Source: an uncultured delta proteobacterium (GTDB lineage Bacteria; Myxococcota; Myxococcia; Myxococcales; Anaeromyxobacteraceae). From it: DNA of 64,000 nucleotides. Made by a program: the position numbers and the translations under genes. Each line of letters opens with the position of its first letter. Positions within the stretch are counted from its first letter, which is position 1. Location of the stretch: contig CAWHDZ010000016.1 in assembly GCA_963828255.1 (NCBI GenBank), positions 1 to 64,000 of the forward strand. The letters are read 5' to 3'. Positions 29,874 to 41,952 of the stretch are shown in pieces. The notes below the pieces were generated by a model. It was not told the DNA's origin. It searched no databases and saw only the letters and a list, made by a program, of their open reading frames with translations.

Positions 29874-30755
29874 TCAGGCCGAAGGATCGCCGTCCGCGGC
29901 GAGGTCCGCCACGTCGCGGCGAACGTCCGCGCAGGCGAGGAGCAGGGTCAGGTGGCCGCGGGGGTAGACGCGGAGCGGCGCGTTCCAGGCCCGGGCCAGA
30001 CGGGCGGCCCCTCCCACCGCGATGGCGTCGTGCAGCCCCCCGGCCACGAGGAGGCGCCCCGCCGTCGGGGTCCGGTGGAGCGGCGCGAGCCAGCCGAGCC
30101 GGCGGTCGAGCTCCTCCCCGTCCGGAACCGGCGCCCCGGCCCGGGCGGCCAGCGCGGCGTAGCGCCGGCCGATGGCCGTCTCCCGGAAGACCGCGGCCAG
30201 GTCGGCAGCGGGCGCAACCAGGGCCGCCGCGTCCACCCGCTCCGGGCCCGTGGCCGCCCAGGCCGCCACGAGACCCCCGAGCGACAGCCCGACGAGGACC
30301 ACCCGGCCGCCCTCCTCGCCGGCGCGCGCCAGGCAGCCGCGGACCTCGAGGACCGAGGTCCGGAGCAGGTCGCGCGTCCGCGAAAGGTCGGGGCCGACCA
30401 CCCCCTCGCCGCTGCGCTCCCCGGGCGGGGTTCGCTCCAGGTGAAGGGGGGGGACCGCGATCCAGACCTCGAGTCCCGCCGCGGCGAGCGGCCGCACCCA
30501 CCCCCGAAGCAGCCCGGTGGAGCGGATCTTCCAGGGAGGCACGAGCACCGCGGTCCCGCGCCTCGCCCCGTGGGCGGGGGTCCGGCGCAGCGGCGGGAGC
30601 GGGAGGGGAGTCCCGGACGGGTCGAGGGGCAGGTCGGGTCCCGGCCTCCAGGGCGACGGGCGGCGCGCCACGCGGTCCTCGAAGGCCATGGCCAGGCGGT
30701 CCACCAGGCGGTGGAGGGCCCCGCCGCGATTCCCCCCTCCTGTCCCCTCGGGCAC
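29874..30755 (-). CDS. Alpha/beta hydrolase
   Basis: Nucleophile elbow GLSLGG, acid G.HDAI, C-terminal GH; P.HLER motif resembling ABHD18-like proteins. Confidence 0.75.
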   Translation of the reverse strand: MPEGTGGGNRGGALHRLVDRLAMAFEDRVARRPSPWRPGPDLPLDPSGTPLPLPPLRRTPAHGARRGTAVLVPPWKIRSTGLLRGWVRPLAAAGLEVWIAVPPLHLERTPPGERSGEGVVGPDLSRTRDLLRTSVLEVRGCLARAGEEGGRVVLVGLSLGGLVAAWAATGPERVDAAALVAPAADLAAVFRETAIGRRYAALAARAGAPVPDGEELDRRLGWLAPLHRTPTAGRLLVAGGLHDAIAVGGAARLARAWNAPLRVYPRGHLTLLLACADVRRDVADLAADGDPSA

Positions 30756-30859
30756 GGTGGAGATGGTACGCCCACCCGGGGCGGTTCACGAGGCCCGTCC
30801 GGGGACGAACCCGTGTGGCGTTTGCCCGGAGCGCCCGGGACGGATAGAGAAGGGCACCG

Positions 30860-31783
30860 ATGCCCCGCACCTCCGAAGCCGAGCGCGCCGCCGCTCCCGG
30901 GCGCTGCCCCGCACCGAAGGTGAAGATGCCGGAGCGGGGCACCTTCGTGGGCGTGGCCTGGAACGCCGCACAGGGGGCCGGCAACCAGATCGTGGCCGCC
31001 CGGCTCCAGTGCGAGCCGGAGCGGGTCCGCCTCGCCCGCCTGTGGCGCCCGTTCCAGCAGGCGCCCACCCGGCGCAACGTGATCGAGCGGATGGCCGGCT
31101 GGCTCGCCGAGGAGACCCGCGAGGCCGATCGCCGCCTCACCGTCGGCTTCGACTTTCCGTTCAGCCTGGCCGAGACGCACCTGCGCCAGCTGGGCGTGCT
31201 CCGGCAGGCCATCTCCGGGCCGGTGGCGCTGGGGAAGGCCCTCTCCGAGCGCTACCTGCCGCCCGGCGCCGACGTGGGCGCGGCGGCCGACGCGGTCCGC
31301 GCCGAGCTGGGGCGTGACCAGCCCCGCTCCGCCGACTGCTACCGCGCGGTGGTCCCGCTGCCCGGGCGGGCCACCAGCCTGCGCCGCGCCCTCCTCGGCG
31401 TCGTGGCCCTCTCCGGAGCCGACGCGGCCGTGCTCCCCTGGGACCAGCCCGAGGCGGGCAAGCCCACCGTGGTCGAGGTCCACCCGCCCCACGTCCCGCG
31501 GGTGCTGGCCGGGATCTGCGGCTACCGCGACGGCGAGGGGCAGGGGCGCCCCGCGCTGCGCGCCGCCGTCCTGCGCACCCTCCGGAGCGTGGTCCACCTC
31601 CGGTTCGAGATGGAGGAGGCGGCCGAGATCGTGGGCGACGGCACGGGGGCCACCCTCGACGCCGTCCTGGGCGCGGTGGCGGCGGCCTCGGCGAGCCAGG
31701 GGCACTTCCACCAGGTCCCGCACGACGTCCCCCGCAGCGAGGGCTGGATCTACTCGGTCCCCGAGGAACCGTGGCGGCGCTGA
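30860..31783 (+). CDS. DUF429-like RNase H-fold protein
   Basis: FVGVAWN, VGFDFPFSL, VVEVHP, LDAVL, EGWIY. Start may be 30887. Confidence 0.6.
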   Translation: MPRTSEAERAAAPGRCPAPKVKMPERGTFVGVAWNAAQGAGNQIVAARLQCEPERVRLARLWRPFQQAPTRRNVIERMAGWLAEETREADRRLTVGFDFPFSLAETHLRQLGVLRQAISGPVALGKALSERYLPPGADVGAAADAVRAELGRDQPRSADCYRAVVPLPGRATSLRRALLGVVALSGADAAVLPWDQPEAGKPTVVEVHPPHVPRVLAGICGYRDGEGQGRPALRAAVLRTLRSVVHLRFEMEEAAEIVGDGTGATLDAVLGAVAAASASQGHFHQVPHDVPRSEGWIYSVPEEPWRR

Positions 31784-32400
31784 GCCGAAGCGCGCAGGTC
31801 GCAGCGCTGGAGGAGGTGCAGCGCGACATCCGGGCGCTGCGGATGCCGGGCTTCGCCGGGCCTCCCGTGCACGGCCCCCCGGTCCCCTCCCGCGTCTTCC
31901 TCCTCGGGCAGGCCCCCGGGCCGCACGAGGCGAAGTTCGGGCGCCCCTTCGCCTGGACCGCCGGCAAGACCCTCTTCGCCTGGATGGCCCGGTCGTTCGG
32001 GGCCACCGAGGAGGATTTCCGCGGCAGGGTCTACATGGCCGCCGTGGTGCGGGCCTTTCCCGGCAAGACCAGCGGCGGCGGCGACCGGGTCCCCTCGCCG
32101 GCCGAGATCGAGGCCAGCCGGGGATTCCTGGCGCGCGAGGTGGCCATCCTTCGCCCGCGCCTGGTGCTGCCGGTGGGGAGGCTCGCCATCGAGCAGGTGC
32201 TGGGACGAGGGCCGCGGCTCGACCAGGTGGTGGGCCGGATGGTTCACCAGGAGTATCACGGGGCGGAGGTGGACGTGATCCCGCTGCCCCATCCCAGCGG
32301 GGCCTCGACCTGGTTCAAGGTGGAGCCGGGCCGGACGCTGCTCGACCAGGCGCTGCGCCTGCTGGCCAGCCACCCGGAGATCCGCCGCGCCTTCCCGTAG
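31771..32400 (+). CDS. Uracil-DNA glycosylase superfamily protein
   Basis: LLGQAPG..E...GRPF...AGKTL, FPGK...GDR.P, PLPHPSGASTW. Confidence 0.88.
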   Translation: MAALSRSAQVAALEEVQRDIRALRMPGFAGPPVHGPPVPSRVFLLGQAPGPHEAKFGRPFAWTAGKTLFAWMARSFGATEEDFRGRVYMAAVVRAFPGKTSGGGDRVPSPAEIEASRGFLAREVAILRPRLVLPVGRLAIEQVLGRGPRLDQVVGRMVHQEYHGAEVDVIPLPHPSGASTWFKVEPGRTLLDQALRLLASHPEIRRAFP

Positions 32401-32402
32401 CG

Positions 32403-33077
32403 CTACCCGCGCGCCTTCTCCGCCGCCGCGCGGATGCCCGAGATGGCCTCGCGATAGTCGGGCGCTCCGAAGACGGCCGTGCCGGCCACGAAGGCGTTGG
32501 CGCCGGCCTCGGCCACCGCACCCACCGTGGAGGCCTTGATCCCGCCGTCCACCTCGATGTCGAGCGCGAGGCCGCGCTCGTCGGCCATGCGCCGCAACCG
32601 GCGCACCTTCTCGGTGACCGCCGGGATGTAGCTCTGGCCGCCGAAGCCCGGGTTCACCGACATGAGGAGGACGACGGAGACGTCGCCGAGGACGTACTCG
32701 AGGGCGTCGAGCGGCGTCCCCGGGTTGAGCACCACGCCGGCCCGGGCGCCCGCGCCGCGGATGGCCTGGAGGGTGCGGTGCAGGTGGGGCGAGACCTCGG
32801 CGTGGACGGTCAGGATGTCGGCGCCGGCCTTCACGAAGGGCTCCACGTACCGCTCCGGCTCGACGATCATGAGGTGCACGTCCACCGGGAGCCGGGTGAC
32901 CTTGCGCACCGCCTCGACCACCAGCGGGCCGATGGTGATGTTGGGCACGAACCGGCCGTCCATCACGTCGACGTGGATCCAGTCGGCCCCGGCGGCCTCG
33001 ACGGCGCGGACCTCCTCGGCGAGACGCCCGAAGTCGGCGGAGAGGATGGACGGGGCGATGCGGATGGGCATCTTCAT
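32403..33077 (-). CDS. rpe: Ribulose-phosphate 3-epimerase
   Basis: [39 protein letters not shown]. Confidence 0.97.
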   Translation of the reverse strand: MKMPIRIAPSILSADFGRLAEEVRAVEAAGADWIHVDVMDGRFVPNITIGPLVVEAVRKVTRLPVDVHLMIVEPERYVEPFVKAGADILTVHAEVSPHLHRTLQAIRGAGARAGVVLNPGTPLDALEYVLGDVSVVLLMSVNPGFGGQSYIPAVTEKVRRLRRMADERGLALDIEVDGGIKASTVGAVAEAGANAFVAGTAVFGAPDYREAISGIRAAAEKARG

Positions 33078-33086
33078 GGGGCCATC

Positions 33087-34406
33087 CTATTTCACCAGCC
33101 GCGCGGCGTAGAAGCCGTCGCCGCCGTGCAGGTCGGGGAGGGTGAGGAGGTCGCCCTCGGCGGTGAGGGCGTCCCCGGGGAAGCCCGGAGGCGGGGGGGC
33201 GCGGCGGGCGGCGTCGGCGATGCGGGCCACCACCCCGGGACCCTCGGCCCGGGAGAGGGAGCAGACCGAGTAGGTCACCGGCGCGCCGGGCTTCGCGTAG
33301 GCGAGCGCGTTTCGCAGGATGGCCTCCTGGAGGTCGGCGAAGCGGGGCAGGTCGGCGGCGGTGCGGCGGAGCTTCAGCTCGGGGTGGCGGCGCAGCGTGC
33401 CCAGCCCGGAGCAGGGCGCGTCCACCAGGACGGCGTCGAAGGTCGCCGGCTCGAGGCCGGGGATGGGCTTCGAGCCGTCGGCGCAGATGACCCGCACCGC
33501 GGCGAGCCCGCGCCGCTCCGCCTCGCGCCGGAGCGCATCGGCCTTGCGCGGGTGGATCTCCACCGCCACCACCTCGGACCCGGCCGGCAGGATCTCGGCG
33601 AGGTGGAAGGCCTTGCCGCCCGGGGCGGCGCAGAGGTCGAGGACGCGCAGCGGCCGGTCGCCGAGGCCTTCCGCGGCGAAGAGGGTGACGAGCTGGGCCG
33701 ACTCGTCCTGCACCTGGAACGGGATGCCCTTCGCCGCCCGCGCCACCTGCTCCACCGAGCCACCGCCCACCTCGACGCCGTGGGGCGAGCGCCCCGTGGC
33801 GTGCGCCTCGACCCCGCCCGCCTGGAGCGCGGCCAGGAGCTCGTCGCGCCGGGGCGAGCGCAGCACCAGCGGCGCCGGCCGGTTCATGGCGGCGGCCAGC
33901 GAGCGGGCCCGCGCCTCGCCGAGCCAGGCGATCCACTCGGCGGCGAGCCAGCCCGGGAGCGACTCGGAGACGGCCAGGTTGGCCACCGGGTCGAGGTCGG
34001 CCGGCGGCGGGGAGGGGGGCGACGGCGCCCGCGAGAGGGAGCGGAGCACGGCGTTCACGTACCCGGCCGCGCGCCCGTGGTCCACCGCCTTGGCGAGCGC
34101 GACCGCCTCGCCGACCGCCGCGTGGGCCGGGGTGCGCAGGAAGAGGAGCTGGTAGGCGCCCAGCCGCAGCGCCACGCGCGCGGCCGGGTCCACCCGGTCG
34201 AGGGCGCGCTTCGAGTGGGGCGCCAGGGCTGCGTCGAGCTGCAGCGCGCGGCGCAGCGTCCCGTAGACGAGCTCCGTGGCCAGCGCCGACTCGCGCGGGT
34301 CGATGACGCCCGCCTGGTCGAGCGCGGCGTCGAGCGCGCGGGAGGCGTAGGCGCCCCCCTCCTCGACCCGGCGCAGGACCTCGAAGGCGATCTCCCTGGC
34401 GTTCAC
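33087..34406 (-). CDS. rsmB: 16S rRNA m5C967 methyltransferase RsmB/Sun
   Basis: GTG 34406; NusB-like N-terminus (ELVYGTLR, LRLGAYQL); QDE, DLCAAPGGK, DAPCSGLG.LRRHPE, YSVCS. Confidence 0.92.
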   Translation of the reverse strand: MNAREIAFEVLRRVEEGGAYASRALDAALDQAGVIDPRESALATELVYGTLRRALQLDAALAPHSKRALDRVDPAARVALRLGAYQLLFLRTPAHAAVGEAVALAKAVDHGRAAGYVNAVLRSLSRAPSPPSPPPADLDPVANLAVSESLPGWLAAEWIAWLGEARARSLAAAMNRPAPLVLRSPRRDELLAALQAGGVEAHATGRSPHGVEVGGGSVEQVARAAKGIPFQVQDESAQLVTLFAAEGLGDRPLRVLDLCAAPGGKAFHLAEILPAGSEVVAVEIHPRKADALRREAERRGLAAVRVICADGSKPIPGLEPATFDAVLVDAPCSGLGTLRRHPELKLRRTAADLPRFADLQEAILRNALAYAKPGAPVTYSVCSLSRAEGPGVVARIADAARRAPPPPGFPGDALTAEGDLLTLPDLHGGDGFYAARLVK

Positions 34407-35329
34407 TGTCCGAGAACCGTGCCTTCCGGAAGCGGGTGCCCCTGGAGGAAATCCGAGGCCGGGACGCGCCGCTTCCCCTCCAGCTGGACCTCGGTGAGGA
34501 GCAGGGACGAACCCTCGCCGCAGCCCACCAGGATGCCTCCGGGGACGGCGCGGGCGGCGCCCGGGGCGAGCCCCGCGTCGCCCCCCGCGGCGGCGGCGTG
34601 GACCTTGAGCCCCCGCCCGCCGAGGGAGGTGAACGAGCCCGGCCAGGGGCGGAAGCCCCGCATGCGGGCGGCCAGCCGCGCGGCCGGCATCCGGAAGTCG
34701 AGCCGGCCGTGCTCCCTCTCGATCACCGGGGCCAGGGTGGCCCTGGCCCCGTCCTGCCGCACCGGAAACACCGCGCCCGACTCGAGCAGGCGGAGCGTCT
34801 CGCAGAGCGCCGCCCCGCCCAGCGCGGCCAGGCGCGGGAAGAGGGCCTCGGCGTCGTCGTCGCCGATGGCGATGGCCCTCTGGAGGAGGATGTCGCCGGT
34901 GTCGAGCCCGGCGTCCATCTGCATGATGGTGACGCCGGTCTCCCGCTCCCCCTCGGCGATGGCCCACTGGATGGGGGCCGCGCCCCGGTGGCGCGGGAGG
35001 AGCGAGGCATGGACGTTCACCGCGCCGTGCGGGGCGAGCCCGAGCAGGTCCTCGCCGAGGATGCGCCCGTAGGCCACGACCACCAGCAGGTCGGGGGAGA
35101 GGGCGCCGAGCAGCCCGGCCAGCACGCCGTCCCGCACCTTGGTGGGCTGGAGCACCGGGACGTCGCGCTCCCGCGCCCAGCGCTTGGTGGCCGGCTCGCG
35201 CAGTTCCTGATGGCGCCCGGCCGGCTTGTCGGGCTGGGCCACGACGACGGCGATCTGGTGCCCGGCCGCGACCAGCGCGTCGAGGACCGGGACGGCGAAG
35301 GCCGGCGTGCCGAGGAAGGCGATGCGCAT
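34403..35329 (-). CDS. fmt: Methionyl-tRNA formyltransferase
   Basis: MRIAFLGTP.FA, QPDKPAGR, NVHASLLPR.RGAAPIQ, MDAGLDTG. Confidence 0.96.
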   Translation of the reverse strand: MRIAFLGTPAFAVPVLDALVAAGHQIAVVVAQPDKPAGRHQELREPATKRWARERDVPVLQPTKVRDGVLAGLLGALSPDLLVVVAYGRILGEDLLGLAPHGAVNVHASLLPRHRGAAPIQWAIAEGERETGVTIMQMDAGLDTGDILLQRAIAIGDDDAEALFPRLAALGGAALCETLRLLESGAVFPVRQDGARATLAPVIEREHGRLDFRMPAARLAARMRGFRPWPGSFTSLGGRGLKVHAAAAGGDAGLAPGAARAVPGGILVGCGEGSSLLLTEVQLEGKRRVPASDFLQGHPLPEGTVLGQ

Positions 35330-35331
35330 GA

Positions 35332-36708
35332 TCAGAGCCTGCCCTGCCGCCGCTTGCGGGCGGACGCCTTCAGCTTCCGGGCCGCGTCCCGGCTCTTCTG
35401 GCTGAAGGAGGAGGGAAGCACGTCGAAGGGGAGGAGCTTCGCGAGCAGCGGGAGCAGCACCATGCCGCCCGGGGCCGCGAAGATCGCCAGGGCGGGCACC
35501 GTCTTGGCGAGGTCGATGAGTTGCTCCTTCACCTTGCGCCGCTCGGCCGCGTCGAGCGGCTGCCCGGCGGCCGCCTTGGTGAGCAGGGTTCCGAGCTCGC
35601 CGGTCTCCCGCAGTTCGCGCGCGATGGCATCGAGGTTCTCGGTGACCACCGCGGCCACCTTGTCCATCATCCGCTCTCCGAAGTCGTTCCACTCGTCGGC
35701 GAGCAGCCCTCCCTCGGTCTCGACCGGGAGGCCGAAGGCCCGGAACCAGGCCTGGTGGTCGGCATGGAAGGCGGCGGCGTCCACCTGCATGGCGGCCAGC
35801 CGGTCGGCCGGGATCTCGGCTGCACTGGCGAACCGGGCCAGGTAGTCCCCTCGCGGCGTGGACCCCGCGGGCATGCCGAGGGAAGCGAGGATGAGTTGCT
35901 CGACCAGGAAGTGGCGGAGCCGAGGGGGGGTGTCCTGGACGACCTCCTCCGGGTTCCGCGCGGCGGATGCCGCGGTCCGTGCGGCCTGGACCCGCTCCCG
36001 GTCCAGCCCGATGCGCTCCACCTGCCGGGAGATCACGCGGCGGAGCGGACGGGGCGCCAGCGGGTCGGCGGTGGCCAGGCCGGCCATGGCCTCCACGAGC
36101 AGGAGTTCCTCGTCGCGGGCCTGGTCCAGCTCGGCGAGGGCGTCGTCGGGCTCGAGCTTCAGGTTGCTGAAGTAATCGAGCGCCAGCCGCGCCATCAGGC
36201 GGCGCTGGATGGCGACGGTGCCGGCGTAGAGCGGCAGACCCTTCTCGGGATCCCCGGGAGGGAAGTGCAAGCGGAGGAGGTGGGGCCCGGCCCTGGCCAG
36301 CGTGCGTCGCACCTGGGCGGCGGAGGGGGCGACGCCCCTCCTGGGCGCGACCGCCTGGGCGCCGGCCACGTCGCCGGTGGCTGCGGCCAGGACGGTGGCG
36401 AGCTCGGCGCGGCGGACCGCTGGATCGAAGGGAACCTCGAGGAGGGCGGCCAGGTCGAGGAGCATGACGAGGTGGCCGTCCACCGTGCCCACCGAGGTCT
36501 CGTCGTCCATGGACTGCCGGTCGAGCAGCCGGTGGCGCAGCGACCGGGCCACCAGCATGCGCGCGCGGGCCTCGGCGTCGGGCCCCTCCGGGTCGGCGTC
36601 GCGGAGCTCGCGGGGCAGGCGGCCGCGCACCACGGCGGGGTCGTGCCCGTCGAGGCGCGCGTCGATGGCTGCCGAGAGCCAGTCCTTGGAGTCGAGTGGG
36701 CCGCCCAT
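35332..36708 (-). CDS. LETM1-like domain protein
   Basis: C-terminal E..ETGEL..LL.K...G..L...[36 protein letters not shown]...LPSSF resembles the LETM1-type motif. Confidence 0.65.
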   Translation of the reverse strand: MGGPLDSKDWLSAAIDARLDGHDPAVVRGRLPRELRDADPEGPDAEARARMLVARSLRHRLLDRQSMDDETSVGTVDGHLVMLLDLAALLEVPFDPAVRRAELATVLAAATGDVAGAQAVAPRRGVAPSAAQVRRTLARAGPHLLRLHFPPGDPEKGLPLYAGTVAIQRRLMARLALDYFSNLKLEPDDALAELDQARDEELLLVEAMAGLATADPLAPRPLRRVISRQVERIGLDRERVQAARTAASAARNPEEVVQDTPPRLRHFLVEQLILASLGMPAGSTPRGDYLARFASAAEIPADRLAAMQVDAAAFHADHQAWFRAFGLPVETEGGLLADEWNDFGERMMDKVAAVVTENLDAIARELRETGELGTLLTKAAAGQPLDAAERRKVKEQLIDLAKTVPALAIFAAPGGMVLLPLLAKLLPFDVLPSSFSQKSRDAARKLKASARKRRQGRL

Positions 36709-36765
36709 GAGACGCCGAGTGTACCGTGCGCCGGGGCGGCGCGGGACTCCACCTGCCGGATGGCC

Positions 36766-37839
<1,074 letters not shown>

Positions 37840-37944
37840 CTTCACCGCTCCTTGTCGGGGCGCGCCGCGCCCCCTCGTACGTCCGTTCGTTCGTTCCGAC
37901 GACCCGCCTCATAGCAGGGGGGTCCGACAGCGGACCTGAACGGA

Positions 37945-37972
37945 AGGATACTGAACATCCGTACAAAAGCAA
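37945..37972 (-). promoter_or_regulatory. recA promoter with LexA-box candidate
   Basis: Minus strand TTGCTT-N16-TATCCT; the spacer holds TTGTACGGATGTTCAG, similar to the myxobacterial LexA box ending GTTCAG. Confidence 0.5.
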
Positions 37973-37999
37973 GGAAGCGGACAGGCCAGCAGGGAAGCG

Positions 38000-38597
38000 T
38001 CACCCCGCCGGCGCCCCGTCTCCCGGAGTGCCCAGCCGCGCCCGCAGCACCGGCTCATAGCGGGCGCCGCCCGGATCGGTGTGGGAGCGGAAGAGGACCA
38101 CCTCCTCGGCCCGCCAGGGGATCGGTTCCGCGTCCCCGGCGGCGGCGATGGCGCCTCCCAGCCCGGCCGCGCCCCGCCCGTCGCGCGATCGACCGAAGGT
38201 GAAGTGCGGCGTGAAGGCCCGTTCCCCGGCCGGAAAGCCCAGCGGCCCGAGCGCGCGCCCCAGGGCCTCGACCAGCGCCCCGAGCCCCGCGAGATCCCCC
38301 CCACGCCGCCCCAGACCACCCGCGACCTCCGCGCCGTCGGGAAGCCCCCGGCCCCGCGCACCTCGAGCCGCAGCGGCCGCGCGCCGGCCGCCACCCCCTC
38401 GACCGCGTCGCGGATCGCCGCGAGCCGCTCCTCCGGCACCGCGCCCAGGAACTGGAGCGTCAGGTGCATCCTGTCCGGCTCCACCCAGCGGACCGCGTCG
38501 GCGTGGACCCCCGCCGCCCCCCGCAGCCCGGCCTGCGCCGCGGCCAGGCGCCGCCGCACCGGGTCGGGCGGCTCGAGCGCCACGAAGAGGCGCAGGT

Positions 38598-38601
<4 letters not shown>
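38000..38601 (-). CDS. thpR: RNA 2',3'-cyclic phosphodiesterase (2H family), frameshift in C7 run 38296-38302
   Basis: LRLFVAL, HLTLQFLG, GGFP...RVVW in one frame; FTPHFTFGR, LFRSH....ARYE after adding one G. Confidence 0.88.
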
Positions 38602-40433
<1,832 letters not shown>

Positions 40434-40436
40434 GGG

Positions 40437-41867
40437 CTATGTTCCCTTTCCGGACTTCTTCATGGCCGCCCGCTTGCGGGCCCAGCCGTTCTTGTTCACC
40501 TGCCGCGCGCGTCCGAGCGCCAGCGCGCCGGGGGCCACGTCCTCGGTCAGGGTCGAGCCGGCGGCCAGGTAGGCCCCCTTGCCGATGGAGATGGGGGCCA
40601 CCAGGATGGAGTCGGATCCCACGAAGACCCCGTCGCCGATGCGGGTGGGGTGCTTCCGCTCCCCGTCGTAGTTGCAGGTGATGGTCCCGCAGCCCACGTT
40701 CACGTCGGCGCCGATGGTGGCGTCGCCCAGATAGGCGAGGTGGTTCGCCTTGGAACGCTTGCCCATCGAGGTCTTCTTGAGCTCGACGAAGTTTCCGACG
40801 TGGACCCCCTCGGCGAGCGAGGCCTCCGGGCGAAGCCGCGAGAATGGACCGACCCGGCAGCCGTCGCCGACCCGGGCCCGATCCAGGTGGCAGTAGGGCA
40901 GCATCTCCACGCGGTCGCCCACCACGGTGTCGGAGAGGATGCACCCCTGGCTGATGACGCAGCCCGAGCCGATGCGGGTCGTCCCGCGCAGCCGCACGCT
41001 GGGCTCGATGATCGTGTCCGGCCCGACCTCCACCCCGTCGTCGGCGTCGAACCGCTCCGGGTCCTCGAGCGTGACCCCCGACTTCATGAGCGCCGAGGCG
41101 ATGCGCCGGGTCATGGCGCGGATGGCCAGCGACAGGTCCTCCAGGTCGTTCACCCCCTGCGCCTCCATCGGGGAGACCCGCACCGCCACCGCCCCCGGTC
41201 CGTCGGCGGCCAGCGCCACCAGGTCGGTCAGGTAGAACTCGCGCTGGGCGTTCTTGGCGTCCACCTGGGCCAGCGTGGTCCAGAGGAACTCCGCGTCGGC
41301 GACGTAGAGGCCGGCGTTCACTTCCCGGATCTGCCTCTCCTCGGGCGTGGCGTCCTTCTCCTCGACGATGAGCGCCGGCCCCTTCCCGGGGGCGTGGACC
41401 ACCCGCCCGTAGCCGGACGGGTTCTCGAGGTCCATGGTGGCGAAGGCCAGCGACTGCGGGCCCGTGCGCGCGCCCACCACCGAGGCCAGCGTGTGGGTGG
41501 TGAGGAGCGGCGTGTCGCCCGAGAGGATCACCACCGGGCCGCGGAAGCCGCGCAGCGAGGCCTTGGCCGCCAGCACGGCGTGGGCGGTTCCGAGCTGCTT
41601 CTCCTGGCGGGCGAAGTGCAGCGGCGCGCCGGGAATGGCGGCGCGGAGGGCGGCCTCCACCTCGTCCCCCTGGTGCCCGACCACCACGACCACCGGGTCG
41701 GCGCCCGCCTCGAGGGCCCGCTTCACCGGGAAGTAGACCATCGGCCGCCCGCACACCCGGTGCAGGACCTTGGCGCGCACCGTCTTCATGCGCGTGCCCT
41801 TCCCGGCGGCGAGGACGATGGCGGCGAGCGGGGAGCTTCCCTTCCGCTTCTTCGAGGGCGTGGGCAT
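40437..41867 (-). CDS. glmU: Bifunctional UDP-GlcNAc pyrophosphorylase/glucosamine-1-P acetyltransferase
   Basis: LAAGKGTRMK, QLGTAHA, GYGR, EFYLTD, GNFVELK, HLAYLGDA, NYDG. Confidence 0.98.
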   Translation of the reverse strand: MPTPSKKRKGSSPLAAIVLAAGKGTRMKTVRAKVLHRVCGRPMVYFPVKRALEAGADPVVVVVGHQGDEVEAALRAAIPGAPLHFARQEKQLGTAHAVLAAKASLRGFRGPVVILSGDTPLLTTHTLASVVGARTGPQSLAFATMDLENPSGYGRVVHAPGKGPALIVEEKDATPEERQIREVNAGLYVADAEFLWTTLAQVDAKNAQREFYLTDLVALAADGPGAVAVRVSPMEAQGVNDLEDLSLAIRAMTRRIASALMKSGVTLEDPERFDADDGVEVGPDTIIEPSVRLRGTTRIGSGCVISQGCILSDTVVGDRVEMLPYCHLDRARVGDGCRVGPFSRLRPEASLAEGVHVGNFVELKKTSMGKRSKANHLAYLGDATIGADVNVGCGTITCNYDGERKHPTRIGDGVFVGSDSILVAPISIGKGAYLAAGSTLTEDVAPGALALGRARQVNKNGWARKRAAMKKSGKGT

Positions 41868-41952
41868 GGTGTCGAGGCTAGGTCCGCGGAGCCCGGGAAT
41901 CAAGAACCGCCCTCCAGGTATCCTGCCGCCGGGTCGTGCTACCCATGGGGGC

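Noticed and set aside
40434..40436. glmS ribozyme
   Set aside because: Only 3 nt separate glmU and glmS.
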